The notes under the pieces: model-generated
What the model was told of the DNA's origin: nothing
Databases searched by the model: none
Seen by the model: only the letters and a program-made list of their open reading frames with translations
Shown: piece after piece, positions 1 through 10,681 of the stretch
Layout: each line of letters opens with the position of its first letter
Position numbering within the stretch: the stretch's first letter is position 1
Made by a program: the position numbers and the translations under genes
From: Bacteroidota bacterium
GTDB lineage: Bacteria > Bacteroidota > Bacteroidia > Chitinophagales > Chitinophagaceae
DNA length: 64,000 nucleotides
Reading direction: 5' to 3'
Assembly (NCBI GenBank): GCA_005882315.1
Contig: VBAR01000003.1
Span: forward strand, 252,907-316,906

Positions 1-813
1 ATCGATACATGTCGGTGAACCACCTCGCTGTATATGTCCGAGAATACAAACCCTGATCTCAGCTTTTGGCAATTCTTCTTTTAAAATTTTTTCTACTTCT
101 ACAGCTCCGCCAAATTCATCACCCTCTGCTACAACGATCAGGTTCACTAATTTTTTCCTTCTTTCCTTTTCTTTTAATGATAAGATGATATCATTGATAT
201 CCGTTTTTCTTTCAGGTATCAGGATATTTTCTGCGCCGGTAGCAATACCGCTATGCAAGGCAATATAACCCGCATCACGACCCATCACTTCAATAATAAA
301 GATACGATCATGTGCATCCATTGTATCCCTGATCTTATCAATAGCTTCAACAGCAGTGTTTACGGCTGTATCAAAACCAATAGTAAAATCTGTACCGGCG
401 ATATCTTTATCAATAGTACCTGCTAATCCGATCACAGGTATATCAAATTCTGAACTGAATTGTACTGCACCACGGAAACTTCCGTCACCACCGATAATGA
501 CCAAACCATCGATGCCTCTTCTTTTCAGATTATCATATGCTTTTTTTCGGCCAGCGGGTTCAAAAAATTCTTTGCAGCGGGCAGTTTTTAAAATAGTGCC
601 TCCACGCTGAATAATATTGGCTACTGATCTAGTATCCATCTGGAAAATATCATCATCGATCATTCCCTGGTAACCTCTAACGATGCCATAAATTTCAAGA
701 CCATGATACAAACCTGTTCTAACCACAGCCCTGATGGCCGCATTCATACCAGGTGAATCACCGCCGGAAGTCATTACGCCGATCTTTGTAACTTTTCTTG
801 TAGTTGTCGCCAT
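1..813 (-). CDS. pfkA: ATP-dependent 6-phosphofructokinase, first 271 codons (3' part runs off the window start)
   Basis: Hand translation of the minus strand from the ATG (complement of cat at 811-813) gives MATTTRKVTKIGVMTSGGDSPGMNAAIRAVV... PfkA hallmarks GGDSPGMNA, IIGGDGS, TIDKD and MGRDAG are present. It is absent from the ORF track because it is open at the window edge. Confidence 0.9.
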   Translation of the reverse strand, partial: MATTTRKVTKIGVMTSGGDSPGMNAAIRAVVRTGLYHGLEIYGIVRGYQGMIDDDIFQMDTRSVANIIQRGGTILKTARCKEFFEPAGRKKAYDNLKRRGIDGLVIIGGDGSFRGAVQFSSEFDIPVIGLAGTIDKDIAGTDFTIGFDTAVNTAVEAIDKIRDTMDAHDRIFIIEVMGRDAGYIALHSGIATGAENILIPERKTDINDIILSLKEKERRKKLVNLIVVAEGDEFGGAVEVEKILKEELPKAEIRVCILGHIQRGGSPTCID

Positions 814-985
814 TCTTATATTTTTTAAATCAATCCTGCCATTCCGCTGATCGTCCAATTTTTAAGATCCGATCTATTTTCCCGTTCATCATTTAAAAAA
901 TGCTTCCAAAAATAAGACTTTACACCCATTGAGTTAATCAATTTCAGAATCTTTACCTTTAATCGTTAACAAAATCGGAATAAAT

Positions 986-3136
986 ATGAAACTGCAAACG
1001 TTTGTTTTATCGTTTTTACTTGCATCATTAACACTGCATGCACAGTACACTTATCCAGAAACAAAAAAAGTTGATACTGTCACTAACTATCATGGTATGC
1101 TCGTGGCTGATCCTTATCGCTGGCTGGAAGATGATCGTAGCCAGGAAACCAAGGAATGGGTGACTGCTCAAAACAAGGTAACATTTGATTACCTAAACCA
1201 GATCCCATACCGTGAGCAGTGGTTGAAGCGGCTGGAAGAAATAAATGATTATCCCAAATATTCATCACCATCACGCAATAATGAGTATTTCTATTTTTCC
1301 AAAAATAGTGGTTTGCAAAACCAAAGTGTTTTATATCGTCAGAAAGGTTTGAACGGAAAACCTGAATTGCTGATGGATCCGAATAAGTTTTCTGCAGATG
1401 GTACCACAAGTCTTGCTGCTTTTTCTCTTTCAAAAAATGGAAAGTATGCTGTGGTTGGCAAATCAGCAGGAGGAAGTGACTGGAGAACTTTATTTGTAAT
1501 GGACATGACCACTAAAAGTTATTTGCCCGATTCATTGGCTTGGGTAAAAGTATCAGGTGTCAGTTGGCAGGGCGATGGTTTTTTTTACAGCCGCTATCCT
1601 ACACCAGAAAAAGGGAAAGAGTTGTCAACGAAAAATGAAAATCACCAGGTGTATTATCACAAAGTAGGTACATCACAGGCAGAAGATAAATTAGTATATG
1701 AAGATCCTGCTAATCCGCAACGCTTTCATGGTGTGTTCACAAGTGAAGATGAACGCTATGTTTTTTTGAACATCAGTGATCGTGGTAAAGGCAAAGATGG
1801 AAGTGCATTATGGTATTATGATAGCAAGAGTGACGATAAAACTTTTAAGCCGATCATTAAAGAACCTTCTGATTTTAATTATGGCTTAGTAGATGAAGTA
1901 AACGGACGATTTTTAATGACGACAAATGATGGAGCTAAAAACAGGAGATTGATCTCTGTTGATCCAAAAAATCCTAGCCCCGCCAACTGGAAGACTGTTA
2001 TTCCAGAAAAAGAAGAGAACCTTGTTTCTGTTTCTTCTGCTGGCGGAAAATTATTTGTGACTTACCTGAAGGATGTAACAAGCCGAGTATATGTGTACAG
2101 CAAAACTGGTAAGCTTGAAAAAGAAGTAAAACTTCCTGCATTAGGATCGGCTGGTGGCTTTGGTGGCAATTATGATGATAAGTTTGTTTTTTACACATTT
2201 ACATCTATCACATTTCCTCCGACTATTTACAAGTATGATATTGCAAGCGGTGTTAGTACTGTATTCAGAAAACCGGAAGTAAAATTCAATCCTGAGGATT
2301 ATAAGTTGGAGCAGGTTTTTTATCCAAGTAAGGATGGTACAAAAATTCCCATGTTTATTGTTTATAAAAAAGGTACTCAAATGAACGGGAAGAATCCAAC
2401 CATACTTTATGGTTATGGCGGATTTAATATCAGCAGCACACCTTCTTTTTCACCAACAAGAATTGCATGGCTTGAACAAGGCGGTGTGTTTTGTATTGCG
2501 AACTTACGTGGTGGAAGTGAGTACGGTGAAAAATGGCACCAGGCAGGAATGCGGGATAAAAAACAAAATGTGTTTGATGATTTTATTGCAGCAGGTGAAT
2601 TCCTGATCGATAAAAAATATACTTCTAAAGATTATCTCAGTGTTCAGGGTGGCTCAAACGGAGGAACTTTAGTAGGTGCAGTAATCAATCAGCGTCCTGA
2701 TCTGTTTAAAGTAGCAATACCACAGGTAGGTGTAATGGATATGCTGCGTTTTCATAAGTTCACAATTGGCTGGAACTGGATAGCTGAGTATGGAAGTAGC
2801 GATAATGAAGAAGATTTTAAAACGCTGTATGCTTATTCACCTATTCATAATATTAAAGCAGGCCCGAACTATCCGTCTACTTTAATTACAACGGCAGATC
2901 ATGATGATCGTGTGGTTCCTGCACATTCATTTAAATATGCTGCTACTTTGCAGGAAAAGTATAAAGGCCAGAACCCGGTGATGATACGTATTGACGTAAA
3001 CTCAGGTCATGGCGCCAGCAACCTTAAAAAGAATTTAGAAACAACCGCGGATATTTATTCTTTCATTTTTTACAATATGAAAGTGAAACCCAAGTTTGAT
3101 GGAGTAGCCAAACCAATAGAGAAAAAGGCATTCTGA
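986..3136 (+). CDS. prolyl oligopeptidase (S9A serine endopeptidase), secreted
   Basis: 716 aa with an N-terminal signal peptide. There is a long propeller-like N-terminal region and a C-terminal alpha/beta-hydrolase with the GGSNGG nucleophile motif, DHDDRV (Asp) and SGHG (His). Confidence 0.9.
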   Translation: MKLQTFVLSFLLASLTLHAQYTYPETKKVDTVTNYHGMLVADPYRWLEDDRSQETKEWVTAQNKVTFDYLNQIPYREQWLKRLEEINDYPKYSSPSRNNEYFYFSKNSGLQNQSVLYRQKGLNGKPELLMDPNKFSADGTTSLAAFSLSKNGKYAVVGKSAGGSDWRTLFVMDMTTKSYLPDSLAWVKVSGVSWQGDGFFYSRYPTPEKGKELSTKNENHQVYYHKVGTSQAEDKLVYEDPANPQRFHGVFTSEDERYVFLNISDRGKGKDGSALWYYDSKSDDKTFKPIIKEPSDFNYGLVDEVNGRFLMTTNDGAKNRRLISVDPKNPSPANWKTVIPEKEENLVSVSSAGGKLFVTYLKDVTSRVYVYSKTGKLEKEVKLPALGSAGGFGGNYDDKFVFYTFTSITFPPTIYKYDIASGVSTVFRKPEVKFNPEDYKLEQVFYPSKDGTKIPMFIVYKKGTQMNGKNPTILYGYGGFNISSTPSFSPTRIAWLEQGGVFCIANLRGGSEYGEKWHQAGMRDKKQNVFDDFIAAGEFLIDKKYTSKDYLSVQGGSNGGTLVGAVINQRPDLFKVAIPQVGVMDMLRFHKFTIGWNWIAEYGSSDNEEDFKTLYAYSPIHNIKAGPNYPSTLITTADHDDRVVPAHSFKYAATLQEKYKGQNPVMIRIDVNSGHGASNLKKNLETTADIYSFIFYNMKVKPKFDGVAKPIEKKAF

Positions 3137-3152
3137 TTTCACAACATAGTAA

Positions 3153-3184
3153 ATGTCCTGCCTCTGGCGGGACATTTTTTATTT
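3153..3184 (+). terminator. rho-independent terminator after the prolyl oligopeptidase gene
   Basis: Hairpin atgtcctgcc / tct / ggcgggacat (one G-U pair) followed by a tttttt-a-ttt run, 17 nt after the stop codon. Confidence 0.6.
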
Positions 3185-3253
3185 CCTTAACATACAAACC
3201 AACGGAGAGAAGTATTAACCAGAGTATTATATTCGTCAAGCTAAACAAACACT

Positions 3254-3997
3254 ATGAGACGTATCTTTTATTCATTACTGTTTCTTCTTTTATCTATAGC
3301 TGGCAATACTCAGAAAGATTCGATGGATGCGATTTTTACATTCCGTATTAGTGACTACATGGTAAAGCTGGATGATTCAACAACTGTTGTGCAGGTAGCA
3401 ATACCCGATTCCTGGCCGCTACGAATCAGTGAAAAGCAAATGGGAGTATTGAAATACCGCTTTGAACCTGGAAAAGATTACGATACTGCAATGATCGGCT
3501 ACGGTCGTTGTTATTTAATAAAAGGAGAGTGGCATTATTTTACGATCAAGCGAACTAAAGATCGTGGGCCACAACAAGGCGATTTACTGATCACAAAATG
3601 TAAAATACCTAAAGCATATACTGGTTTGCTTTTTAATCTTGCACGGAATGGCATTAGTTTAACAAACGTATATGATGAGCCATTTTATAATTCAACTGAA
3701 ATATTTTCTTTTGGACCGGCAACTGAACAAGCTTTTCTTGATTCAATGGCTGCTGATATACGTTACACAGCTAAGGCAATGCTAAAACAGGGTAGCATAC
3801 CGAACCAGGTAGTAAATGGAGGAATTTATGATGGTAAGAAAGTATTTGATGCAATGCAGGCAATTACAAAAAAAGATGTTGAGAAGTTTTTAAAATATGT
3901 AAAGGTCAGTCCTTCGAAATATGCAGGGAACACATGGAAAGTTTCAGAGGTATTTGCTACATGGATGGTGAGTAAAACACCCGAAGCGATAGAATGA
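3254..3997 (+). CDS. hypothetical secreted protein
   Basis: 247-aa ORF with a signal peptide (MRRIFYSLLFLLLSIAGNTQ). No motif recognised. Confidence 0.55.
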   Translation: MRRIFYSLLFLLLSIAGNTQKDSMDAIFTFRISDYMVKLDDSTTVVQVAIPDSWPLRISEKQMGVLKYRFEPGKDYDTAMIGYGRCYLIKGEWHYFTIKRTKDRGPQQGDLLITKCKIPKAYTGLLFNLARNGISLTNVYDEPFYNSTEIFSFGPATEQAFLDSMAADIRYTAKAMLKQGSIPNQVVNGGIYDGKKVFDAMQAITKKDVEKFLKYVKVSPSKYAGNTWKVSEVFATWMVSKTPEAIE

Positions 3998-4018
3998 TGA
4001 TAGCTTTATATTTGTTGC

Positions 4019-4906
4019 ATGAAGATATTAGTAACAGGTGCGAATGGTTTTGCAGGATATTATTTTGCAAAAAAGCTGCTTGAACAAAACCATACAGTTA
4101 TTACCACTGGAAAAGGAGCATGCCGTCTTCCTTTTTCCAATCAACCGAATTTTGTTTACGAAGAAATGGATTTCACCAATCCTTATTCTATTGACTCAGT
4201 GTTTAACAAGTACAAGCCTGATGTAGTCATTCACTCCGGCGCCATTAGTAAGCCTGATGAGTGTGAGAAAGACCAGGTGCTGGCTTATATGGTGAATGTG
4301 GAAGGAACAGTTCACCTGATGATGAATGCAGCTGAGTATAAAAGTTTTTTCATTTTCATTTCAACAGACTTTGTTTTTTCCGGAGATACAGGAATATATA
4401 AAGAAGATGATGAAAGACAACCTGTGAATTATTATGGCCGCACAAAAATGGAAGCTGAGGATGCAGTGATGGATTATGAATATGATTGGAGCATTGTAAG
4501 AACAGTATTGGTATATGGAAAACCACAGGCAGGCCGTGACAATATTTTAACAGTTGTAAAAAACAAATTGGAGAAAGGAGAGGGGTACAATATTTTTAAT
4601 GACCAGGTAAGAACACCTACTTATGTTGAAGACCTTGCTGCTGCTGTTGCGAAGATCATAGATAATAAAGCAACCGGCATTTACCATATCTCCGGCGAAG
4701 AGGTGTTGACGCCTTATCAAATGGCCATGGAAGCCGCCTCATTTTTAAATCTTGATAAATCATTGCTGAAAAAAGTGATTGCTGCAGATATGCCTCAACT
4801 TGCAATACGACCATTAACAACAGGCTTTAATATCGACAAAGCTAAAAGAGATTTAGAGTATAAGCCAACTCCTTTCAGCGAAGGGTTGAGAAAAACTTTT
4901 GAGTAG
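4019..4906 (+). CDS. NAD(P)-dependent SDR-family reductase/epimerase, RmlD (dTDP-4-dehydrorhamnose reductase)-like
   Basis: Rossmann motif VTGANGFAG at the N-terminus, YGRTK (YxxxK) catalytic motif, about 295 aa. Confidence 0.75.
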   Translation: MKILVTGANGFAGYYFAKKLLEQNHTVITTGKGACRLPFSNQPNFVYEEMDFTNPYSIDSVFNKYKPDVVIHSGAISKPDECEKDQVLAYMVNVEGTVHLMMNAAEYKSFFIFISTDFVFSGDTGIYKEDDERQPVNYYGRTKMEAEDAVMDYEYDWSIVRTVLVYGKPQAGRDNILTVVKNKLEKGEGYNIFNDQVRTPTYVEDLAAAVAKIIDNKATGIYHISGEEVLTPYQMAMEAASFLNLDKSLLKKVIAADMPQLAIRPLTTGFNIDKAKRDLEYKPTPFSEGLRKTFE

Positions 4907-4990
4907 ATCAGAAACGAAAACTTACCCCGGTTTTTAATAAATCTTGGTGGGAAACCGCAAAGTACAAAACAGATCAAAGATCAGTTTGAA

Positions 4991-5587
4991 TCAATGCGCT
5001 GATTTCAGAAACTTTTTTTCTCCTGCCAGTATCGCTACATTGATCCTGTTTTCTTTTGGAGGAACCGGACAATTATATCCAGCGGTATATGCACAGTAAG
5101 GGTTATATGCTTTATTAAAATCAACTAGAAGCATATTTTCTTTAATATCGTTAATTGAAAAATCAAAATAACGTCCGCTTTCATAAGTTTCTTCGCCAGT
5201 GGTGGCATCCATAAATGGAATAAAAAGATAATCTTTAAGCTGGTTCACCTTCATTAGATCCTGCGATTGATAAACGCAAAGTGTAACAACTGTATCGTTT
5301 AGTGTGAAATATACTTTCCCATAAATTCTATGAGATTTTTTAACCAGGCCGCTTGTCTCCATCATAAACCACGGGCTGTTGTCTATTTTTTCAAACCGGC
5401 AATTAAAACGAAATTTTTCATTGATCGGATAAAACTGCAGGCTTTTTTTGTCATCACCTTTAACCACACCATGCGTTTTTACATAGTCAGTAATGAAATC
5501 TTGTAAGGAATCTTTGTAAGATTTCTCTTGAGAAAATGCAAGGCCCGAAATGAGTAAGGTTAATAAGAATAAAGTCAGTCTTTTCAT
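4991..5587 (-). CDS. DUF1684-family protein with signal peptide
   Basis: C-terminal AYNPYCAYTAGYNCPVPPKENRI block, which I recognise as the DUF1684 signature. Signal peptide MKRLTLFLLTLLISGLAFSQ. Confidence 0.7.
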   Translation of the reverse strand: MKRLTLFLLTLLISGLAFSQEKSYKDSLQDFITDYVKTHGVVKGDDKKSLQFYPINEKFRFNCRFEKIDNSPWFMMETSGLVKKSHRIYGKVYFTLNDTVVTLCVYQSQDLMKVNQLKDYLFIPFMDATTGEETYESGRYFDFSINDIKENMLLVDFNKAYNPYCAYTAGYNCPVPPKENRINVAILAGEKKFLKSAH

Positions 5588-5601
5588 CGGTCTGATCCGT
5601 T

Positions 5602-6549
5602 TTAGTTCATCATTAATACATTCACACTTCGCTGCAGAATATTAAATGCAATTTCTGCCATCAGGTTTTCTTTGTCAAGTGTTGGGTTTACTTCAGTTAT
5701 CTCAAAACAGCAAACTTTCCGGTTCTGCATAAACTTACTTATTAGATCTTCAGCTTCTCTTTCACGCAGACCCATACCGACGGGTGTACCCGTTCCTTTT
5801 GAAATAGATGAATCAAGGCTATCAACATCAAAGGAAATATAAATATCTGTACAATCACCGAGATAGCGGGTTACTGCCCTTACAATGTTCTCAGGGCCTT
5901 TTGTTCTTACTTCTTTTGTAGTAATAACTTTAATGCCGTGTTTTTCGATCAGGTATCTTTCTTCTTTTTCATAATCCCGTAATGAAATGATCACTACATC
6001 TTCCGGCTTCACTTTAGGATGAATTTTTCCCATTCGTTTCACCTGATTCCATTGCTTTACGGTCACTTCGTCTACATCATGTACAGCACAGTCTTCATTA
6101 TCTTCATCGATAGCTGCTGCAAGACTCATGCCGTGCATATTACCCGACGGAGTAGTATAAGGAGTATGCATATCAGCATGCGCATCTATCCATATCACGC
6201 CTAATTTACTTTTTGGTTTGGCGATTTTTATGCCCGCTAATGTAGCTCCTGCAATACTATGATCACCGCTGATAACAACCGGGAAAAAATTATTTTTCAA
6301 TGTTTCACTCACGGATTTACTTACCCGTTCATACATCGTTATAATTCCTTTTACCCGCTTGGCATACGGCGATTCAATTGGTTCGTAGAGTAATTTATTT
6401 TCTGTAGGAATTTTTTCGGATGGAAAATGAATAAAGAAATTACTCATAAAATCCAGTGCAGCTATTTTTATAGCGTCTATACCAAGACTGGCGCCCCTGG
6501 TTCCGGCTCCAATTTCAGATGGGACTTCGATCAGTTTAATATTTTTCAT
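5602..6549 (-). CDS. ureohydrolase-family enzyme (arginase / formimidoylglutamase-like)
   Basis: Mn-binding motifs SGDHSIA, DAHADMHTP and SFDVDSLD in the canonical order. 315 aa. Confidence 0.8.
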   Translation of the reverse strand: MKNIKLIEVPSEIGAGTRGASLGIDAIKIAALDFMSNFFIHFPSEKIPTENKLLYEPIESPYAKRVKGIITMYERVSKSVSETLKNNFFPVVISGDHSIAGATLAGIKIAKPKSKLGVIWIDAHADMHTPYTTPSGNMHGMSLAAAIDEDNEDCAVHDVDEVTVKQWNQVKRMGKIHPKVKPEDVVIISLRDYEKEERYLIEKHGIKVITTKEVRTKGPENIVRAVTRYLGDCTDIYISFDVDSLDSSISKGTGTPVGMGLREREAEDLISKFMQNRKVCCFEITEVNPTLDKENLMAEIAFNILQRSVNVLMMN

Positions 6550-6789
6550 ATAGCGATAAGCAAATTCAGGTCAAACAATTAATGGAATAAAAAGGGAAGT
6601 AAATAAAAGTTGCCGGAAACTTAATCAGGGATGTAAAAATTGGCAGGCAATGATTGCTCTGCAAATGAAAAAACCGGCTTTATTAAATTCCTGGCAAGAA
6701 ACATATCGAGGCCTCAAAGGTAGCCATTAAAACCTGAGCAATCAAGCCAATAAAATGTAATTATTATTTAACAAGAAAAGCTTGTTAAC

Positions 6790-7581
6790 CTATTGGTGAG
6801 CAGCGAGTATCGGGATATGACTGTGATAGGCCAAACGTTTCGTATGGCTGCTATTAAACAATTTTTTTGCATTAGAATGATGGCGGGGAACCGTTATCAT
6901 TATATCGATATTATAGTCTTTTGTAAAATTATCAATAGCTTCAAAGAAATCACTCATTCCGATAAAATAAAACTCTGTATCGTATTTAGCGAACATCTCC
7001 TTCAGCTTTGCTTTTCCCTGTTGATAATGATCAGTAAGAGCAACATAATGTTCGGAGTTCACATTTACAATATGCAGTTTGGGATTAAATATTTCCAATA
7101 CCGATGAAAGAAATATTTCCGGGGTGGAAGCCGTTACATCTTCAAAGTCTGAAGCAAATGCAACATTTTTTAATCCTTCGAATTTTGCATTTGGCGGAAT
7201 GATCAAAACGGGATAGATGGTGTTATCTACCAATTTTAGAGTGTTGCTGCCGATTAGTGTCTGACCAATGGTAGAACGACCCGTAATACCCATAGCGATT
7301 AATGTAAAACGCATGGTATGCGCCAACCTGTCGATATTTTCAACAAGGTTGCCACCTTTTTCCAATTCGTATTCCACTTTTGCGTCACCTTTTTTCACCA
7401 ATTCAGCTTTCAGGCTTTCGAGATAGCTGATTGCAATATCCCGGTCTGAATCATGGTCATAATTGTGATACAATACAACTTTCGCATCAGCATGGTCAGC
7501 AAGCATCAATGCTACATAACGGGCTGCATTTAATGATGTGTCGGAAAAATCTACAGGGATAATAACTGATTTCATAAACAA
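6790..7581 (-). CDS. universal stress protein (tandem UspA domains)
   Basis: 263 aa. Two USP-like halves, each starting with an I(I/A)xPVDFS / VAFASDF strand. Length fits a tandem USP. Confidence 0.75.
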   Translation of the reverse strand: MFMKSVIIPVDFSDTSLNAARYVALMLADHADAKVVLYHNYDHDSDRDIAISYLESLKAELVKKGDAKVEYELEKGGNLVENIDRLAHTMRFTLIAMGITGRSTIGQTLIGSNTLKLVDNTIYPVLIIPPNAKFEGLKNVAFASDFEDVTASTPEIFLSSVLEIFNPKLHIVNVNSEHYVALTDHYQQGKAKLKEMFAKYDTEFYFIGMSDFFEAIDNFTKDYNIDIMITVPRHHSNAKKLFNSSHTKRLAYHSHIPILAAHQ

Positions 7582-7661
7582 CTCTCGGTTTTGTAAAATA
7601 GCTCGCCGAAGATAAGGTAAATGTGGTTACTGAAAACCAGGATAGCCGCGTTAAAAACAAG

Positions 7662-8192
7662 TTATGGTTTATCTCTGCCGACAAACCGATCGTTGCCGGA
7701 AAGAAAGCCTATGACCTTGGTGATATTTCTATCTACCGATTCTTCTGTTTTTAGAAAATTAATATAACGGATAATCTCTTTTTGCCGCGAAGGAGTGAGT
7801 GAATCAAAAACGGTTTTTATTTTCTTGTTTTTTAATAAAGCAGTTTCTAGTTTTGGATGTATTGTTATAGCTCGGGGCAGCGGGTCATATTCAATTTCAA
7901 AATTTCCTGTATCACCAACATCAATTCCTGCAGCTTTGCGCATGGGAGTATTCAGATAAAGCCGCCACTTGCCGTTGTATCTTACCAGGTTTTGTTGATA
8001 GGGATGACCATTTATTTTTCCTTTTACAGGAATGGGGCTTTTGTCTTTACCGGCCTGTTTAAAAATTACTTTTAATACATTTTGCGGAAGTAATACATAA
8101 GGATTGACACCAATGATTTTTATAATAGCAGAAAATGAAGCCACTGTTGTAAGTTTTTTAATTGCCGGGCCTGTCAAAGATCTTTTCATCAA
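7662..8192 (-). CDS. DUF1905 / YdeI-OmpD-associated family protein
   Basis: The DUF1905-like core (IPVKGKINGHPYQQNLV...RLYLN) is followed by a YdeI-type C-terminus (FDSLTPSRQKEIIRYI). The start is uncertain. The track start overlaps the upstream gene by 35 nt, and a GTG at 8144 would remove the overlap. Confidence 0.65.
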   Translation of the reverse strand: MMKRSLTGPAIKKLTTVASFSAIIKIIGVNPYVLLPQNVLKVIFKQAGKDKSPIPVKGKINGHPYQQNLVRYNGKWRLYLNTPMRKAAGIDVGDTGNFEIEYDPLPRAITIHPKLETALLKNKKIKTVFDSLTPSRQKEIIRYINFLKTEESVDRNITKVIGFLSGNDRFVGRDKP

Positions 8193-8874
8193 TCACTTTG
8201 TCAATTTCAATTGAATCCATAACCAGTTCCATAAAAATCTGCCCGCCTGCTTTTTGTATTTGTGAGAATGCAAATTTCATTCCTCCAACTTCGCGGAAAT
8301 CTGAAAGAAAAATTTCTATCTCTAATTCCTGGCCCCCGATCTTTCTTTTCTCTGTTGTTTTCAGGATAAGTGAGTTTGCATCCATGATATAATAAAAGAC
8401 AACAGAACTATCTACTCCGGCAGTGAGTTTGATCTTATGAGTTTTGATTCCTTCAACTGTTTCTGTTCCCGCCAACTCCACTTTATTTCCCCTGGCTTTG
8501 TAATCCATCAGCTTGCCTGATATCTGTGTTTGGCTTTTAAAACTATTTAATTCTGCGGCAGTAGGTTCTATTATACCGGTGTTTCCGGACAACGGATTTA
8601 TTTTCCATCCTTTCCCATTTTTATAGGCTTCAATAATTTTTACACCCTGCACATCTACATCTGTTCTTACCGCTTTACCATTTATAATTCTTATGTTGAG
8701 GGGGAGTAGCATTCCCTGTTGTTTGATCTTACCTTTCATAGTCACGGTTTTTACATCCCTGAATTTTTCTATACCACCCATTGCTGCAGTAAATTTTGCA
8801 ATAATATCTTCTACAGTTTGCGCAGGAGAAGTAAAGAAAAGAAGGAGTAGCGGCAGGAAAACAAGTTTTTTCAT
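8158..8874 (-). CDS. hypothetical secreted protein (possibly LolA-like / lipoprotein-sorting fold)
   Basis: 238-aa ORF with a signal peptide (MKKLVFLPLLLLFFTSPAQT). The fold suggestion comes only from overall resemblance. Confidence 0.5.
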   Translation of the reverse strand: MKKLVFLPLLLLFFTSPAQTVEDIIAKFTAAMGGIEKFRDVKTVTMKGKIKQQGMLLPLNIRIINGKAVRTDVDVQGVKIIEAYKNGKGWKINPLSGNTGIIEPTAAELNSFKSQTQISGKLMDYKARGNKVELAGTETVEGIKTHKIKLTAGVDSSVVFYYIMDANSLILKTTEKRKIGGQELEIEIFLSDFREVGGMKFAFSQIQKAGGQIFMELVMDSIEIDKVIDEKIFDRPGN

Positions 8875-9000
8875 AAAAATTAATTGATGCAGTAAATATA
8901 TTTAAGAATGACCAGATATAATTTCCTCTTATACTTTATTTAGCTATATCATATTTACAAAAATATTTTACTTGAATAAGCTATTGGTTACCTTCACGTC

Positions 9001-10626
9001 ATGAGAAAAGTAATACTCTTTACATTGTTGCTGCCAGCATTTATTTCCAATGCACAAAGCTGGCAGGATACAGTTAACCAGGTTGAAAAAATCATGGACC
9101 GGTATAAAGACACCGGGCCCGGTGCACAGGTGGCTATTAGCCGCAATGGAGTTATCATTTATAATTCAGCAAAAGGATTGGCGGATATGGAACACAATGT
9201 TCCGCTGACTATTAACTCAAAAATTGAAGCCGGTTCTGTTTCAAAACAATTTACGGCCGCCGCTATTTTAATATTAGTGCAACAAGGAAAACTTTCTGTA
9301 AATGATGATATCCGGAAATATTTACCTGAGTTAAAAGATTATGGCCATATTATTTACATTTATCATTTACTTCATCATACCAGCGGATTAAAGGATTGGG
9401 GTAGTGTGATATCACTTAGTGGTTGGCCACGAGGCACCCGTGCATATAATAATGATGATGCTTATCATATCATGTGCAATCAACCAACACTGAATAATAT
9501 TCCCGGCGACGAGTATATTTATAGTAACTCCAATTATACGGCCCTTTCAATAATTGTTCAGCGGGTAAGTGGCATGAGCCATGCAGCATTCACAAAAAAA
9601 TATTTATTCGAGCCAGCAGGAATGAAAAACACAGAATGGCGGGATGATTATGAACGCATCGTTCCCGGTCGTGCAATTGCTTACGCAAAAACACCGGATG
9701 GATACAGAACAGAAATGCCGAATGAAAATACTTATGGCCACGGCGCATTGCTTACTACAGTTGAGGATCTTTTGAAATGGAATGATTATTACCTGTCAGG
9801 GAAATTAGGCGGTCCGTCTTTATTAGCAAAGCAAACTGAAACAATGCCATTGAACAATGGTAAGAAAAATAATTATGCAGCGGGATTGGTTATAGAGATC
9901 GTGAACGGATATAAAACCATCAGTCATACCGGGGCCACGGCAAGCTATCGTTCACAACTGGAATATTTTCCTGAACTCGGTTTGTCCTTCGCATGTCTTA
10001 CCAATACTTCTGATGGGGCATTTGGTAATCCGGCTGTTTTAGTCCGGAATCTATTTATAAAAACTGCTTCGCCGGCTGAACAACCAAATAATTTGAAACC
10101 AGATTCAACTATTAGTTGGAAAAAGTTTATATCATATAAAGGGAGCTACAGTAATAAAAAAACAGGTGCTGGTTTTTTGTTGTATGAAAAAGATAATGGA
10201 TTATACTTTATACCGAATGGTGGACCGCTTCCTGCTTTAAATGAAAACACACTACTGGTTGGCCGGGCACAACTAAAATTTCCAACAGGTAATACTAAGC
10301 AGGTAACTTTTATTTCAGCCGCAGGAGATACAATTTTATATGAACCGGCCAAAGCAGCGGTCACTGACGAAAAATCATTAAGTGAATATGTTGGCACTTA
10401 TTTCTCTGATGCAACCGAATCCTATATGTATGCTGTCATAAAGAATGGGAAACTGGTAATGTATCCAAGAACAACAGAAGAGGAAGAATTGACCTCTGTA
10501 TATAAGGATGGGTTCTATGCTCCCGGACTTGAAATTTCATTTGAAAGAAATAAAAAGAAGGAGATCACTCGTTTCTTTGTAAATATATCAAGAGCAAGAA
10601 GGGTAGAGTTCAGGAAAGTAAAATAG
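9001..10626 (+). CDS. serine hydrolase, beta-lactamase/PBP-related (class C-like)
   Basis: Signal peptide, SxxK motif (GSVSKQF), YxN motif (YSNSNY), and a long C-terminal extension. 541 aa. Confidence 0.8.
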   Translation: MRKVILFTLLLPAFISNAQSWQDTVNQVEKIMDRYKDTGPGAQVAISRNGVIIYNSAKGLADMEHNVPLTINSKIEAGSVSKQFTAAAILILVQQGKLSVNDDIRKYLPELKDYGHIIYIYHLLHHTSGLKDWGSVISLSGWPRGTRAYNNDDAYHIMCNQPTLNNIPGDEYIYSNSNYTALSIIVQRVSGMSHAAFTKKYLFEPAGMKNTEWRDDYERIVPGRAIAYAKTPDGYRTEMPNENTYGHGALLTTVEDLLKWNDYYLSGKLGGPSLLAKQTETMPLNNGKKNNYAAGLVIEIVNGYKTISHTGATASYRSQLEYFPELGLSFACLTNTSDGAFGNPAVLVRNLFIKTASPAEQPNNLKPDSTISWKKFISYKGSYSNKKTGAGFLLYEKDNGLYFIPNGGPLPALNENTLLVGRAQLKFPTGNTKQVTFISAAGDTILYEPAKAAVTDEKSLSEYVGTYFSDATESYMYAVIKNGKLVMYPRTTEEEELTSVYKDGFYAPGLEISFERNKKKEITRFFVNISRARRVEFRKVK

Positions 10627-10681
10627 AAAATCATATTTCTTTGCTCATTATTTTTTAACAATTTTTTTTAAAGACAATACA

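Noticed and set aside
356-610. 84-aa plus-strand ORF
   Set aside because: It lies entirely antisense inside the strongly supported pfkA coding region, and its translation is low-complexity. It is a shadow ORF.
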